A stretch of DNA of 64,000 nt, taken from the sequence record MG655267.1; one strand, given 5' to 3'. Within the stretch, counting starts at the first letter, position 1. The number at the start of each line of letters is the position of its first letter. Position numbers and translations under genes: made by a program. Below are positions 17,920 to 27,525 of this stretch, one piece after another. The notes beneath the pieces were generated by a model. It was not told where the DNA came from. It searched no databases and saw nothing but the letters and a program-made list of their open reading frames with translations.

Positions 17920-17976
17920 GCCTCAAGGGAGGTAATCCCTCCCTATCACTCATTAACCTACTTGTGGAGATTTGCC

Positions 17977-18393
17977 ATGACAACGTCGCGTACTGACTTG
18001 ATTACTAGCCGGATCAAAGAAGCATTGAATGGGGTCCGGGTACAAACCAGTGAGCTGTATCATGAATCGACTGATGTCGCATCGTTCGGTGCGGTAAAAA
18101 CGGTGATGTTCTTTTGGAATGTAGCTGACAATGATTTAACTGCTGAGATGGTTGAGCGTGAAATCCTGGTCCGACTACAGACCGAGAACATTTACGTGGC
18201 CTTTCACAAAACCCGCCGGCGTGAAGGGGAGCGCTTAATCGCGGCCAGTATTGCCTGTAATCCGAATAACCCGAATTACACCTACGGCAACCTGCGGGGC
18301 TTCACCCAGATGTGGCTACAGAAAAGCTTCGGGGCAACAAAAGAACGTCTGCAGCAAAAACAACGTGACAGTAATTTATTTATCCGCCGTTAA
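17977..18393 (+). CDS. Hypothetical protein
   Basis: GGAGA SD, ATG at 17977. Confidence 0.7.
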   Translation: MTTSRTDLITSRIKEALNGVRVQTSELYHESTDVASFGAVKTVMFFWNVADNDLTAEMVEREILVRLQTENIYVAFHKTRRREGERLIAASIACNPNNPNYTYGNLRGFTQMWLQKSFGATKERLQQKQRDSNLFIRR

Positions 18394-18409
18394 TTAAGGA
18401 AAAAAGAAC

Positions 18410-18985
18410 ATGACGCAAGAACAGTTTGAAATAACCAAAGCACAGAACGTCGAAGAACCACAGTACCGTGATGTTATCGTTACTGTTGATGGCCTGAATG
18501 TTCTGAACATTAATCTGCCGGGCATCGGTTCCTGGTCGCCACGTTTCAGCGTGCAACTATCTGGTGACCGGGCGCTGAACGATAATGGTCAACGCCATGT
18601 CTATAATGCCGCTGCTGGTATGCTGCATACATTGATTGTCGGTGACACTGAGCTAACCAACCTGGTACCGCACGCCAATATCAGTCGTGAAGATCTCGAC
18701 AACGATATCCTGCAGGCTCGTGAGCTGGTAGAGAAGGCCGTCAATCAGCTGCGGGATAACCCAGGTGATTTATCGTTGTATTGTCACTCGCTGGCAATCA
18801 CCGTTACCACGGTTGATTTCGACTTAATCGAAAAGCGCATCCTGAGTGATGAAGCAATGGACAAAGTCGAAGCATTGATCGCACAACCTGCTGAAGCGTC
18901 AGAAGCTCTCACCAAGCTAGTGACGGGTCCACGTAAGCATCTTATCCGTGAAGACCTGGGTAATGATGACCAGTCACCAATCTAG
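18410..18985 (+). CDS. Hypothetical protein
   Basis: AAGGA SD; 191 aa. Confidence 0.75.
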   Translation: MTQEQFEITKAQNVEEPQYRDVIVTVDGLNVLNINLPGIGSWSPRFSVQLSGDRALNDNGQRHVYNAAAGMLHTLIVGDTELTNLVPHANISREDLDNDILQARELVEKAVNQLRDNPGDLSLYCHSLAITVTTVDFDLIEKRILSDEAMDKVEALIAQPAEASEALTKLVTGPRKHLIREDLGNDDQSPI

Positions 18986-19154
18986 TAATTAAATACTAGA
19001 CAGTGTAATCATATACGTAAAGGGGTCTGGTGAAAGCCATATCCCTTTTGGTTATGCTGTCTTTTTTTTTGGTTAAGAAATACTAGCCTTCTCCATTATA
19101 TGCAATTTACACGATACACTTTTCTATTTATTACATCAGCAAGAGAGATAAGAC

Positions 19155-19298
19155 ATGAGCGCACCTGAAGAATTTGATATGGACGGCCTGGAATCACTGG
19201 ATCTGGAAGGCGCTGAGAAAGCGGCAGAAGAGAAAGCAGCCGGCGGTGGCGAAGCCCTGTCTGATGGCGAAGCAGATTGCGAAGGTTGCAAGATCTAA
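19155..19298 (+). CDS. 47-aa acidic peptide ending DCEGCKI; resembles a free NrdA C-terminal redox tail (not in ORF track)
   Basis: GAGAG SD-like site; MSAPEEFDMDGLESLDLEGAEKAAEEKAAGGGEALSDGEADCEGCKI*; phage-typical codons; fills an otherwise empty gap. Confidence 0.75.
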   Translation: MSAPEEFDMDGLESLDLEGAEKAAEEKAAGGGEALSDGEADCEGCKI

Positions 19299-19351
19299 AT
19301 GCTGTGATGTGAATCGGGTCTGATATGGGATCAGTTAACCGAGGAAACATC

Positions 19352-19651
19352 ATGAACATCTATCTTGTCCAACGCAAATCAGAGCCCCGTTACACACCGG
19401 ATTCATTTATCGCTGTTGCAACATCGACCGAAGAGGTGCTGATGATTCACCCTAGCTACTTTCAGGGAAAGAACACGCCTGTGAAGTTCGACGAGACAAT
19501 GGCCGCCCTCTGGGCGAATGAGTTATCCGATAGTCCAATGGATCATCAATGGGTTACCGATAAGAACGAGCTCGAGGTCACCTATCTGGGTCAGGCTGCG
19601 ATGGAGTTCACCGACCCCACGATCATTGAGATGTGGTACGGGTACGCCTGA
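19352..19651 (+). CDS. Hypothetical protein
   Basis: GAGGA SD, ATG at 19352. Confidence 0.7.
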   Translation: MNIYLVQRKSEPRYTPDSFIAVATSTEEVLMIHPSYFQGKNTPVKFDETMAALWANELSDSPMDHQWVTDKNELEVTYLGQAAMEFTDPTIIEMWYGYA

Positions 19652-19658
19652 TCATACG

Positions 19659-19684
19659 GGGAGGCTTCGGCCTCCCTTTATGCC
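19659..19684 (+). terminator. UUCG hairpin terminator + TTATGCC
   Basis: GGGAGGC-TTCG-GCCTCCC then TTATGCC. Confidence 0.8.
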
Positions 19685-19728
19685 GGTCGTTATCCTATGA
19701 CTTGTATTTGGCAGGTCTGAGGTGACGT

Positions 19729-20340
19729 ATGTTTAAACGTTTCATGTTCTATCTGTTCAGTAAGTTATTTGACCATAAAGGGGAGTACACCATGTCCGAA
19801 GCAGTGAAAGATCAGCAAAGCAATGATGTTAATGCAACCAACGATGTTGAGGTGCAGCCAACACCTGCTGAGACCTCTGCACCGGAACTGGCATCTAACG
19901 ATGTGGTTGCCGCACCGGAAGCCGCAGGCGATGCCCGTCCTGAAGTCCAGGACGCGGTGGAGTCGACGCCAGTGGTGATTGAACCGGTTGCAGTTGCTGA
20001 ACCATCCGCACCTGTCGTGGCACCTGCTCCTGTTGTTGTACCTGCGGCTGAGCCAGCTCCCGCACCTGTAGCACCGACCACCCCGACCGACAGCGACAAG
20101 ACTGAAGGCGAGCCCGATACCAATCGCTTCGACCATCTGGCCAGTACCCTGAAGAGTTTACTTCAGGTAGCCGGTCATGAGCTCGACGAAGCATTTGACG
20201 ATGCAGTACCTTTGGCAAAACAGATCGCTTCCAGTGACGAAGAGTTCGGTGACAAGCTGAAAGACATCCTTGTGGTTGTCGGCCGTGAATACGGTGAAGC
20301 TTTCCATCATTTCTTCAGCTATGCGAAGAAGCACATCTAA
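19729..20340 (+). CDS. Acidic Pro/Ala-rich protein with helical C-terminal domain
   Basis: Two in-frame starts with SDs (19729, 19792); PAPA-type linker. Confidence 0.75.
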   Translation: MFKRFMFYLFSKLFDHKGEYTMSEAVKDQQSNDVNATNDVEVQPTPAETSAPELASNDVVAAPEAAGDARPEVQDAVESTPVVIEPVAVAEPSAPVVAPAPVVVPAAEPAPAPVAPTTPTDSDKTEGEPDTNRFDHLASTLKSLLQVAGHELDEAFDDAVPLAKQIASSDEEFGDKLKDILVVVGREYGEAFHHFFSYAKKHI

Positions 20341-20418
20341 GAAAACAGGGGGCGGGATTTCCTGCCCCTTTTATGCCGATTATCTTATAACTGACTTACA
20401 TCATTAAAGGGTTTTACC

Positions 20419-21384
20419 ATGACAGTTATTCAGCACGAGGCTATTGGTTATTGCGGGCATGCCATGATGGTGCACCAAATGGAAAAAGATCAAGTAACCA
20501 TTAAGCAATACGCAAAGCAGTTGGAAGGTGCCGGGCTGGAGGCGTTTGATACTCCTTCGCACAAACTGGTACTGCAGGGTATGTCCGCTCGCTACGGCGA
20601 CTACATGAAACTTGGTTCTGGTCAGGAAGGCTTGGGAACAATGGTTCTGTTGGGGGTGGCTATCGGTGGTGGGGTAGCGGCATACAAGAAATTGATGCTG
20701 GCGAAAAACTCTCCGATTACAAAAGATATCAGTGACGTATTGAGTAAGGTCACTGAAACCTATACCCCGAAATGGCTCGAAGGTAAAACATCGGTTAATA
20801 AAGATGTGACTTGCGGAAAACTGAATAAGTTATTCGGTGGGTCTGAGTTGTCAGTACTTGATACTGCAGCCATCAAATACGCCACTCAAGCTGAACGTGA
20901 AGCAAAAGCAGCCGGAGTATATTTGACAGGTGCGTGGGATAAAATAAAACCTCTGTTGGAGCGGTGGAAGAAAGCTGGTGAAGGGGAGGAGGATGAAGTC
21001 ATCGAGCTAATGACTGATCTATACCCAGAGCCACCTTACTCCACCATGCCTGTTATTCACGCCAATACCCCTGGCGGTAAAGGTGAAAAAGTTAAAGCTC
21101 TCTCAGAGGCTGAATACCCTAAAGCAGTTGCGTTATTGAAAGCACTCCTGAAAGCCGCCGAAGAAGTCGACGGGATGTCTTATGATATTGCCAATAGCGT
21201 TGGATTTAAAGATCACTGGTACGAGGGTATCCCGACCGATAAACGTGGCGAGGAGCACGCATTCCAATACGGACACTACCGCTACTACCTTGACCATTAT
21301 GGTGTAAAGACATGGAGTCAACACGAAGCATTGATCAATGCTGCCCGCGGTGTCGAGGAATGGATCACCAAGTCATTTAAGTAA
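20419..21384 (+). CDS. Probable virion (inner head) protein
   Basis: N-terminal AGLE/GQE motifs like phiKZ-type prohead protease sites, followed by a hydrophobic Gly-rich helix. Confidence 0.5.
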   Translation: MTVIQHEAIGYCGHAMMVHQMEKDQVTIKQYAKQLEGAGLEAFDTPSHKLVLQGMSARYGDYMKLGSGQEGLGTMVLLGVAIGGGVAAYKKLMLAKNSPITKDISDVLSKVTETYTPKWLEGKTSVNKDVTCGKLNKLFGGSELSVLDTAAIKYATQAEREAKAAGVYLTGAWDKIKPLLERWKKAGEGEEDEVIELMTDLYPEPPYSTMPVIHANTPGGKGEKVKALSEAEYPKAVALLKALLKAAEEVDGMSYDIANSVGFKDHWYEGIPTDKRGEEHAFQYGHYRYYLDHYGVKTWSQHEALINAARGVEEWITKSFK

Positions 21385-21468
21385 TCGCTACGAGGGGAGG
21401 TGTGATCACTCCCCTTTTATGCCGGGCGAGGAATCGTATAGGTGCTTTTGCCAACGAGGAATCTTATC

Positions 21469-22251
21469 GTGTTTGAAATGCTTTTAGGCGGTAGTCCGAA
21501 CGGGAACTTGCCATTTGGGCAGTTGTTAGCCAAAACAACAACAGACTTTACAGTCCCTGCCGGAGTGACCGATATTTCCGGTGTTGCTATCGGTGGCGGC
21601 GGCGGGAACTCACGCGGCAATACCATTGGTGGGTCAGGGGGTGATTTGCGCTGGCGGAATCACATTGCCGTTATTCCAGGTGAAGTGCTGTCACTTATTA
21701 CCGGTGTGGTAACAGCGGCTGGTAAACCGGGCACCTCCAGTAAGATCATCCGTAAGTCAACCGGCGAAGTATTACTGATCGCTAAAGGCGGTGACTCCAC
21801 TGATGTATCAACACCGATCAATGGAGCTGATATAGGTGGCGGGAACGGTGGTGCTGGTACCAATCCATCAGGTGGTGGTGCTGGCGGGTATACCGGCAAT
21901 GGTGGTAAAGGTGGTTCAGCTGCCGATGTTGACTCTGGCGGTGGTGGCGGTGGTAGCTCTTATACCTTCAGCGGAAACAGTTTTGGTTGTGGTGGTGGGG
22001 GTGTCTACCCTAACGGCAAAGGCGCTGATGGTGGTGCGCCGCCTGTCAATACCGGCAGTCAGGCATTTGGTGGCAGAGGGGGTTCTGGTGGTAATCCTGG
22101 TCAAAACACGAATGGGGGCTTATACGGCGGTGGTGCTGGCGCACCCATTAGGATAACCTATGCAACAACAGGGACTGCTGGCTGCATCCGACTCATTTGG
22201 GGTTCAGGTCGCGCCTTCCCAGCTACGAAGACTGCAGATATTACAGCTTAA
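21469..22251 (+). CDS. Glycine-rich tail fibre/adhesin-like virion protein
   Basis: GTG start after GAGGA; MFEMLL N-terminus; FTVPAGVT.IS.VAIGGGG, poly-Gly loops, G.IRLIWG end. Confidence 0.7.
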   Translation: MFEMLLGGSPNGNLPFGQLLAKTTTDFTVPAGVTDISGVAIGGGGGNSRGNTIGGSGGDLRWRNHIAVIPGEVLSLITGVVTAAGKPGTSSKIIRKSTGEVLLIAKGGDSTDVSTPINGADIGGGNGGAGTNPSGGGAGGYTGNGGKGGSAADVDSGGGGGGSSYTFSGNSFGCGGGGVYPNGKGADGGAPPVNTGSQAFGGRGGSGGNPGQNTNGGLYGGGAGAPIRITYATTGTAGCIRLIWGSGRAFPATKTADITA

Positions 22252-22260
22252 GGACTGATC

Positions 22261-22866
22261 ATGTTTGAAATGTTATTTTGCGGCAAGCCAGCATCAGTTG
22301 GCGGCCAACAACTCTTCACTACTGCCGGTACCTTTAGCTTTGTAGTCCCGGCGGGGATTACTGAGCTCGACGCCTATACTCAAGGTGGTGGCGGTGGTGG
22401 CGGTAATGGTAACCCAGGTGTATACAAAGGAGCGTCAGGCGGCTCTGGCAAAGTAGGTGCTAACGGTTATCTGAACAATATTTCAGTTACACCCGGTGAA
22501 ACACTGACCGTTATTGTTGGTGCTGCAGGTGCGGCATTAAAAGCTGGGGAGGCGACCCAATTACTTCGTGGCAGTAACGTGTTACTTGCTGTAGCGGGTG
22601 GGGCCGCAGGTGTTACAGCAACTGGCACAAGCAGTTCTGAGAACAACCTAGGCACTAGCGGTACCGCGGCACCAACGATTCCAGGTAATACCACAACCTA
22701 CCCTGCTGCAAACAAACGCCCTGGAAGTGGTGGTAACGGTGGTGCGGGGCGTTACAACGGCGGGGGTGGCATAGTGACCGGACCAGGTATCGCAGGTGGC
22801 TGCCGCCTGATGTGGGGTAAAGATCGCGATTACCCATCAACAGGCGTAGCTGACGTCAAGATGTAA
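22261..22866 (+). CDS. Glycine-rich tail fibre/adhesin-like virion protein (paralogue)
   Basis: MFEMLF start; FVVPAGIT, GGGGGGG, G.CRLMWG. Confidence 0.7.
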   Translation: MFEMLFCGKPASVGGQQLFTTAGTFSFVVPAGITELDAYTQGGGGGGGNGNPGVYKGASGGSGKVGANGYLNNISVTPGETLTVIVGAAGAALKAGEATQLLRGSNVLLAVAGGAAGVTATGTSSSENNLGTSGTAAPTIPGNTTTYPAANKRPGSGGNGGAGRYNGGGGIVTGPGIAGGCRLMWGKDRDYPSTGVADVKM

Positions 22867-22918
22867 ATATGTAAATACTCGCTTTCTTATATAACCCTTC
22901 CCTCATTGAGATTGAATT

Positions 22919-23497
22919 ATGGCCAAGATGACTTTCTATTACGCTTCGATGAACGCCGGAAAATCCACCGCATGCATCCAAGCAGGTTACAACTATTTAG
23001 AACGCGGACTGCGGGCCTTGATGATCAAGCCTGAAGTTGATAACCGCGATGACACAGATAAAGTCAGCTCGCGTGTCGGTCTCAGTGCGAAGGCGGTTGT
23101 TTTTGACAGTGAGGTTAATCTAACCGAACTGGTATTACACCAGATGAAGACTTCCAAGGTCTCGGTGGTATTGGTTGATGAAGCGCAGTTCCTGACACCG
23201 GATCAAGTCAAAGAGCTCAGTGACATCGCCGACTTCGAAGACATCCCCGTGGTCTGCTATGGTTTGCGTACCGATTTCCAAGGTGAACTCTTTCCTGGGT
23301 CTGCAGCCTTAATGGCTCGCTCAGATCGCCTTAAAGAACTGATCGGTGTTTGCCATTGTGGCAAGACAGCTCACTTCGTACTGCGTCGTGATGACAAAGG
23401 TCAGGTGGTGAAAGAAGGCGAGCAAATCCTGATTGGCGGGAATGACCGCTATGAAGCAGTGTGTCGCAAGCACCATCGCGTGGCCATGCTGAGTTAA
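22919..23497 (+). CDS. tdk: Thymidine kinase
   Basis: YASMNAGKST P-loop, VLVDEAQF, YGLRTDF, C-terminal Zn ligands and GGNDRYEAVCRKH. Confidence 0.96.
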   Translation: MAKMTFYYASMNAGKSTACIQAGYNYLERGLRALMIKPEVDNRDDTDKVSSRVGLSAKAVVFDSEVNLTELVLHQMKTSKVSVVLVDEAQFLTPDQVKELSDIADFEDIPVVCYGLRTDFQGELFPGSAALMARSDRLKELIGVCHCGKTAHFVLRRDDKGQVVKEGEQILIGGNDRYEAVCRKHHRVAMLS

Positions 23498-23512
23498 GCC
23501 TAAGAGGTAGGT

Positions 23513-24229
23513 ATGTTAGAAATGATAATGGCGATGCCAAAGGCGTTGATACCTAAAGCCGGTCAGCCGCTGATGGGATTTAACTTTGACCAGGCTAAAA
23601 GTATTAGCGCACCGAGTGCAACAGCATACTCCGGCGGGACGATTGAAACACTTAGCGCCAGTAACGCCCTTGCGGGATATAACCGTAGCTTGCGTTGTAA
23701 TGGTACGGTGACCAACGTTACCCCGCTGAGCGCATTATCAACCCTCGGGCTGGGTGATTTCGCCTTAGAGTGTTACGCCTGGATGACCACAATTCCCAGT
23801 ACCTATTTCCAACTCTTCCTGCTTCAGTTCGCTAACGGCAAATATCTCACCATCCGTGTGGGTGATGGCGGGTACGGTCAGCGCATGCAGGTGGGGATCG
23901 ATTTAGGCAATGGCGGTAACTACTGCAGTAGCAAGACTGGCCCTTCATTGCGTAACGGCTGGCATCATTATGCTTTTGTGCGTAAAGCCGGGAAGTGTCG
24001 CTTCTTCATTGATGGCCAGCTTCAGTTACTGGCGCTGGGTACTAGCACCACCTTTAACCTCACTGAGTTTAACGGGAACTTTGATCTGTCGGGTAATTTG
24101 AGTTCGTTCGCTATTGGTAAAGCCAACTCCGGCGCGGGTGATATGTATATGCCGGAATTCCTCTTGTCCAATACCGCACGCTATCAAGAAACCTTTACAC
24201 CACCTCCCGGCCCTATCTACCGCCCGTGA
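23513..24229 (+). CDS. LamG/concanavalin-A-like domain virion protein
   Basis: GDFALECYAW, NGWHHYAFVRKAG..RFFIDG, IG, E..LS..ARY..TFTPP. Confidence 0.75.
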   Translation: MLEMIMAMPKALIPKAGQPLMGFNFDQAKSISAPSATAYSGGTIETLSASNALAGYNRSLRCNGTVTNVTPLSALSTLGLGDFALECYAWMTTIPSTYFQLFLLQFANGKYLTIRVGDGGYGQRMQVGIDLGNGGNYCSSKTGPSLRNGWHHYAFVRKAGKCRFFIDGQLQLLALGTSTTFNLTEFNGNFDLSGNLSSFAIGKANSGAGDMYMPEFLLSNTARYQETFTPPPGPIYRP

Positions 24230-24278
24230 CATTCTGCCAGGGTTTGTCCCTGGCTTTATGCCGTCCAAAGTATCTCAG

Positions 24279-24298
24279 TCCTACATTACCCTTGTGTA
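24279..24298 (+). promoter_or_regulatory. Putative early promoter
   Basis: TCCTACATTAC-CCTT-GTGTA after a terminator. Confidence 0.6.
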
Positions 24299-24351
24299 GA
24301 AAACAACATTGTTAACTTAACCTATAGTGTTTTAGCTGGGAGGTTTTTAAG

Positions 24352-24714
24352 ATGAATCACTTATTATTGGATGTGACAGAGAACGTCGCACCGATCACTC
24401 GCCAGTTTACCAACACTGATTGGGATGGCATCTTGCGTGATGTTAGCTTGTACATCATGCGCCTTTACTGTGCCTCCCAAGTACTTGGCGAACATATTCC
24501 TCATAACCCTGCGGCGCACTTAAAGGACATTCAGTGGCGCTATGGCTTTGACCCGAATGACGGGTCGGTCTCGGTAGAGTTTGTGAAACTGTATAAATGC
24601 CTGAGTGATACCATCGGGCTTTATGTGACACAGACCAACCCCACTAAACTGTTAACCGTAGTACGTGTTTCAACGGCTAACAATATTTTTCAACTGCACT
24701 TAGGATATGCCTGA
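24352..24714 (+). CDS. Hypothetical protein
   Basis: GGGAGG SD; 120 aa. Confidence 0.7.
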   Translation: MNHLLLDVTENVAPITRQFTNTDWDGILRDVSLYIMRLYCASQVLGEHIPHNPAAHLKDIQWRYGFDPNDGSVSVEFVKLYKCLSDTIGLYVTQTNPTKLLTVVRVSTANNIFQLHLGYA

Positions 24715-26423
24715 TGTCATCATTAACCACCAATGAAGTTGTTGAGCATTTAGACCAGTATGTTATTGGTCAGCTGGATGCCAAACGGGCGATCGCACTG
24801 GCGTATCGTGAACGAAGCTTGAAAGCGGAAAACAGCGGAGAAGGCTGGCGTTACATTACCCCCTCTAACATCATGATGGTCGGGCCGTCAGGCAGCGGTA
24901 AGACGGAACTGGCTAAGCAGTTAGCGGACATGACCAACTCACCTTTTGTGAAGTGCGAAATCACCGAGTTCACACAAGTCGGTTACTACGGGCGTGACGT
25001 TAAAACCATTCTGACTGATCTGTTGAAAGAGGCCATTCGGATTGCCCCGGAGATCTGGCGGAAAGAAAACAAACCAAAACTCAGTAAAGCGAACCGCGAC
25101 CTGTTGGCACTGATGCTCAAAGACCCGGAAACGTTGGATGCCTTTGCTAAAGCGTTGAACATCACTGCTGATAAATGCACCGTGCCGTTTGTGGAAGAGA
25201 AACTCCTCAACGGCACCACCCTGCGTAAGCTCAATGTGCGTTATGGTTGGCGGGCAAATCCTTTATTGGCAGCCATCGATAAGCGGGCGGATAAACCGGA
25301 GAAGGGAGAAGAAGAGCCCCCAATGGAAGATGCAGCGGCGTGGACACAGTGGTATGTCCGCACCAAGATGAACTTTAGCAAGCTCGGGTATTCAGGCACT
25401 GAAGACAGCCTGGTGAAAGAAGCCGCTCGCGTGTTAGAAGCGATTCCTATTAAGGATAAGATGGAACCGGTGCTGATTGAGGTGATTGGCGAAACCCTTA
25501 ATGAGAAACGCAAAAAGATCATCGCTGCCCGTGGTGCCAGTCAACCGAAACTGATTCGTCTGTTGCTGGATGAGAAAGACTACAAAGCCCTGTGCCGTAA
25601 GCTACTGGAAACAATGGGTTCCCGACTATGGATGAAGCTTGACACTATCATCGATATCGGTGATGCGCTGAATCAAAGCAAGAACCCACCGCCGGACTTC
25701 ATTGTTAAACTGGTTGAAGAACGTGGCATTGTCTTCATTGATGAGTTCGACAAGATCTTCCTCGACAGCCGGGGCGAGAACGTCGGTAACATGGGTGTAG
25801 TGCGTGACCTGATGCCTTACCTTGATGGGGTCGTGACTGAAGTCTCTACGGTCAATGAACGTGAACGGGGTGGTGGGTTATTTGGTGAACGGAACGAGAA
25901 GTACATCATCAATACCGCTAATATCCTCTGGATCGCATCAGGTGCGTTTCATCTCGCTAAGGTGAGTGATGTGCCCGCTGAGATCTTAGGACGTCTCCCT
26001 GTGCATGTGAAGCTCAATCGCTTGACTGCAGACGATCTGGAAAAGGTACTCATCAAACCCCACGGGTCGATCATTGCGGGCGTCACGCTACTGATGTCAG
26101 CGGAAGGGGCTGAGTTCGTTATTGATGCTGCTGCGATTCGTGCCATTGCTGATCTGGCCTATGAGTGCAATACCGTCGGTGAGGATACCGGGGCACGTCG
26201 TCTGAAAGGCGTCTGCTTTGAGTTGTTCCGCGACATGCTCTATGGCGCATCCAACCTATTACCTGACCAAAAGAAAGTGCACTTCACCGCAGAGCAAGTA
26301 ATGGCTGAGCGTGAACGCATTCTGGCGACTGTTGAACGCCGTAAAGAAAAACCCAAAGAAACCGACCCTGCTCAGCGCTTTGCAAAAGCCATGAAAGAGC
26401 TTGGGGCTTTGGTTAACAATTAA
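24714..26423 (+). CDS. hslU: HslU-like AAA+ ATPase
   Basis: LDQYVIGQ..AKRAIA, NIMMVGPSGSGKTE, IVFIDEFDKI, ILWIASGAFH, GRLPV, TGARRL. Confidence 0.9.
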   Translation: MSSLTTNEVVEHLDQYVIGQLDAKRAIALAYRERSLKAENSGEGWRYITPSNIMMVGPSGSGKTELAKQLADMTNSPFVKCEITEFTQVGYYGRDVKTILTDLLKEAIRIAPEIWRKENKPKLSKANRDLLALMLKDPETLDAFAKALNITADKCTVPFVEEKLLNGTTLRKLNVRYGWRANPLLAAIDKRADKPEKGEEEPPMEDAAAWTQWYVRTKMNFSKLGYSGTEDSLVKEAARVLEAIPIKDKMEPVLIEVIGETLNEKRKKIIAARGASQPKLIRLLLDEKDYKALCRKLLETMGSRLWMKLDTIIDIGDALNQSKNPPPDFIVKLVEERGIVFIDEFDKIFLDSRGENVGNMGVVRDLMPYLDGVVTEVSTVNERERGGGLFGERNEKYIINTANILWIASGAFHLAKVSDVPAEILGRLPVHVKLNRLTADDLEKVLIKPHGSIIAGVTLLMSAEGAEFVIDAAAIRAIADLAYECNTVGEDTGARRLKGVCFELFRDMLYGASNLLPDQKKVHFTAEQVMAERERILATVERRKEKPKETDPAQRFAKAMKELGALVNN

Positions 26424-26438
26424 CCCTCTGGAGTTGTC

Positions 26439-26978
26439 ATGGACCACAATACCGCTCTTTGTACGTTAAACCCGAAAGTCTTGATTCAGAATGAGTTGTA
26501 TCGCTTCATTCGTCTGTACGCTTTGTTTAATGGCTTGGATGTCCACGATGTGAAAGCAATAACCAAGAAGATCAATTCTGGCGATTGTGGTCTGGCGGCA
26601 ATTACCGTGCACCACCTGCTAAAAGAAAAGTACAAACTGGATACGGATATCCTGATGTGTCGTAATCACTGCTGGCTGGCTTATCACGAAGGTGAATACG
26701 ACACGGCCTTTCCCAGCGGCTACACGAAACGGGTGGTGGAGGTCTGGGATGGAAGCCCGGATGAGCCTGTCCACTATTTAACCTTTCAGGAAGCGTGTGA
26801 TGAATGGATGCCGATGGATGTCAAAGGGGCTTACATTGTGAAAGCCTTCTGTGCCATCACGTGGACACAGTTTCCCAAAGAGCTTCAGCATTGCTTAGAC
26901 AATGCGGACGAATATGAGATGCCGGGTATTGCAGCGCAGTACGAGGCGAAATGTAAATTTGTCACTGACAACATGTAG
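26439..26978 (+). CDS. Hypothetical protein with possible Cys-His-Asp catalytic triad
   Basis: NSGDCGLAA, NHCWL, YDT spacing. Confidence 0.6.
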   Translation: MDHNTALCTLNPKVLIQNELYRFIRLYALFNGLDVHDVKAITKKINSGDCGLAAITVHHLLKEKYKLDTDILMCRNHCWLAYHEGEYDTAFPSGYTKRVVEVWDGSPDEPVHYLTFQEACDEWMPMDVKGAYIVKAFCAITWTQFPKELQHCLDNADEYEMPGIAAQYEAKCKFVTDNM

Positions 26979-26985
26979 GTGGATT

Positions 26986-27525
26986 ATGTCTGACGTTATC
27001 GTTATTCCTCGTTTAAGTGTAGTAAAAGGCGGATCGTATCAGCAGGTCAGTGGCGGTGTGTTGGCGCAGCTGCGACTTATCCTTGGGCCGGATATCCGCA
27101 ACGTTATACTGCATGGCGCCCAGCGCAGTCATGCTAAGTTGTTAGTGGATGCACTGCGGGCAGAGTACGAGCCCTTTGGTGTGACGCTGCAGTTCAATGC
27201 CAAGCCGTTGTACGACACGCTGGATATCAGTTGGCCAGACAGTGATGCGGTGACGATCCTAACCCTTCGCCCTGAAGAGTTTGATGTCGAAGCGCCGTTA
27301 CGTCTGAGCCACGACACACACATCGTGGTTATCAGCACCAAACCGATCATGACCACCCAACTGCTCAATCTCTACGACCATGCCGTTATGAGCGGTGTGC
27401 ACGTTACACTGTTCACCACTGGGTATGTTCCGGCCGGGATCGTGTTGCTTGAACCGTTGGAAGGGTTTGTTTATCAGCCGATGATTGACAACGTTATCAA
27501 GACACGGGCGATGGCACACGTGTAA
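26986..27525 (+). CDS. Hypothetical protein
   Basis: ATG at 26986 after AGGTGG. Confidence 0.7.
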   Translation: MSDVIVIPRLSVVKGGSYQQVSGGVLAQLRLILGPDIRNVILHGAQRSHAKLLVDALRAEYEPFGVTLQFNAKPLYDTLDISWPDSDAVTILTLRPEEFDVEAPLRLSHDTHIVVISTKPIMTTQLLNLYDHAVMSGVHVTLFTTGYVPAGIVLLEPLEGFVYQPMIDNVIKTRAMAHV

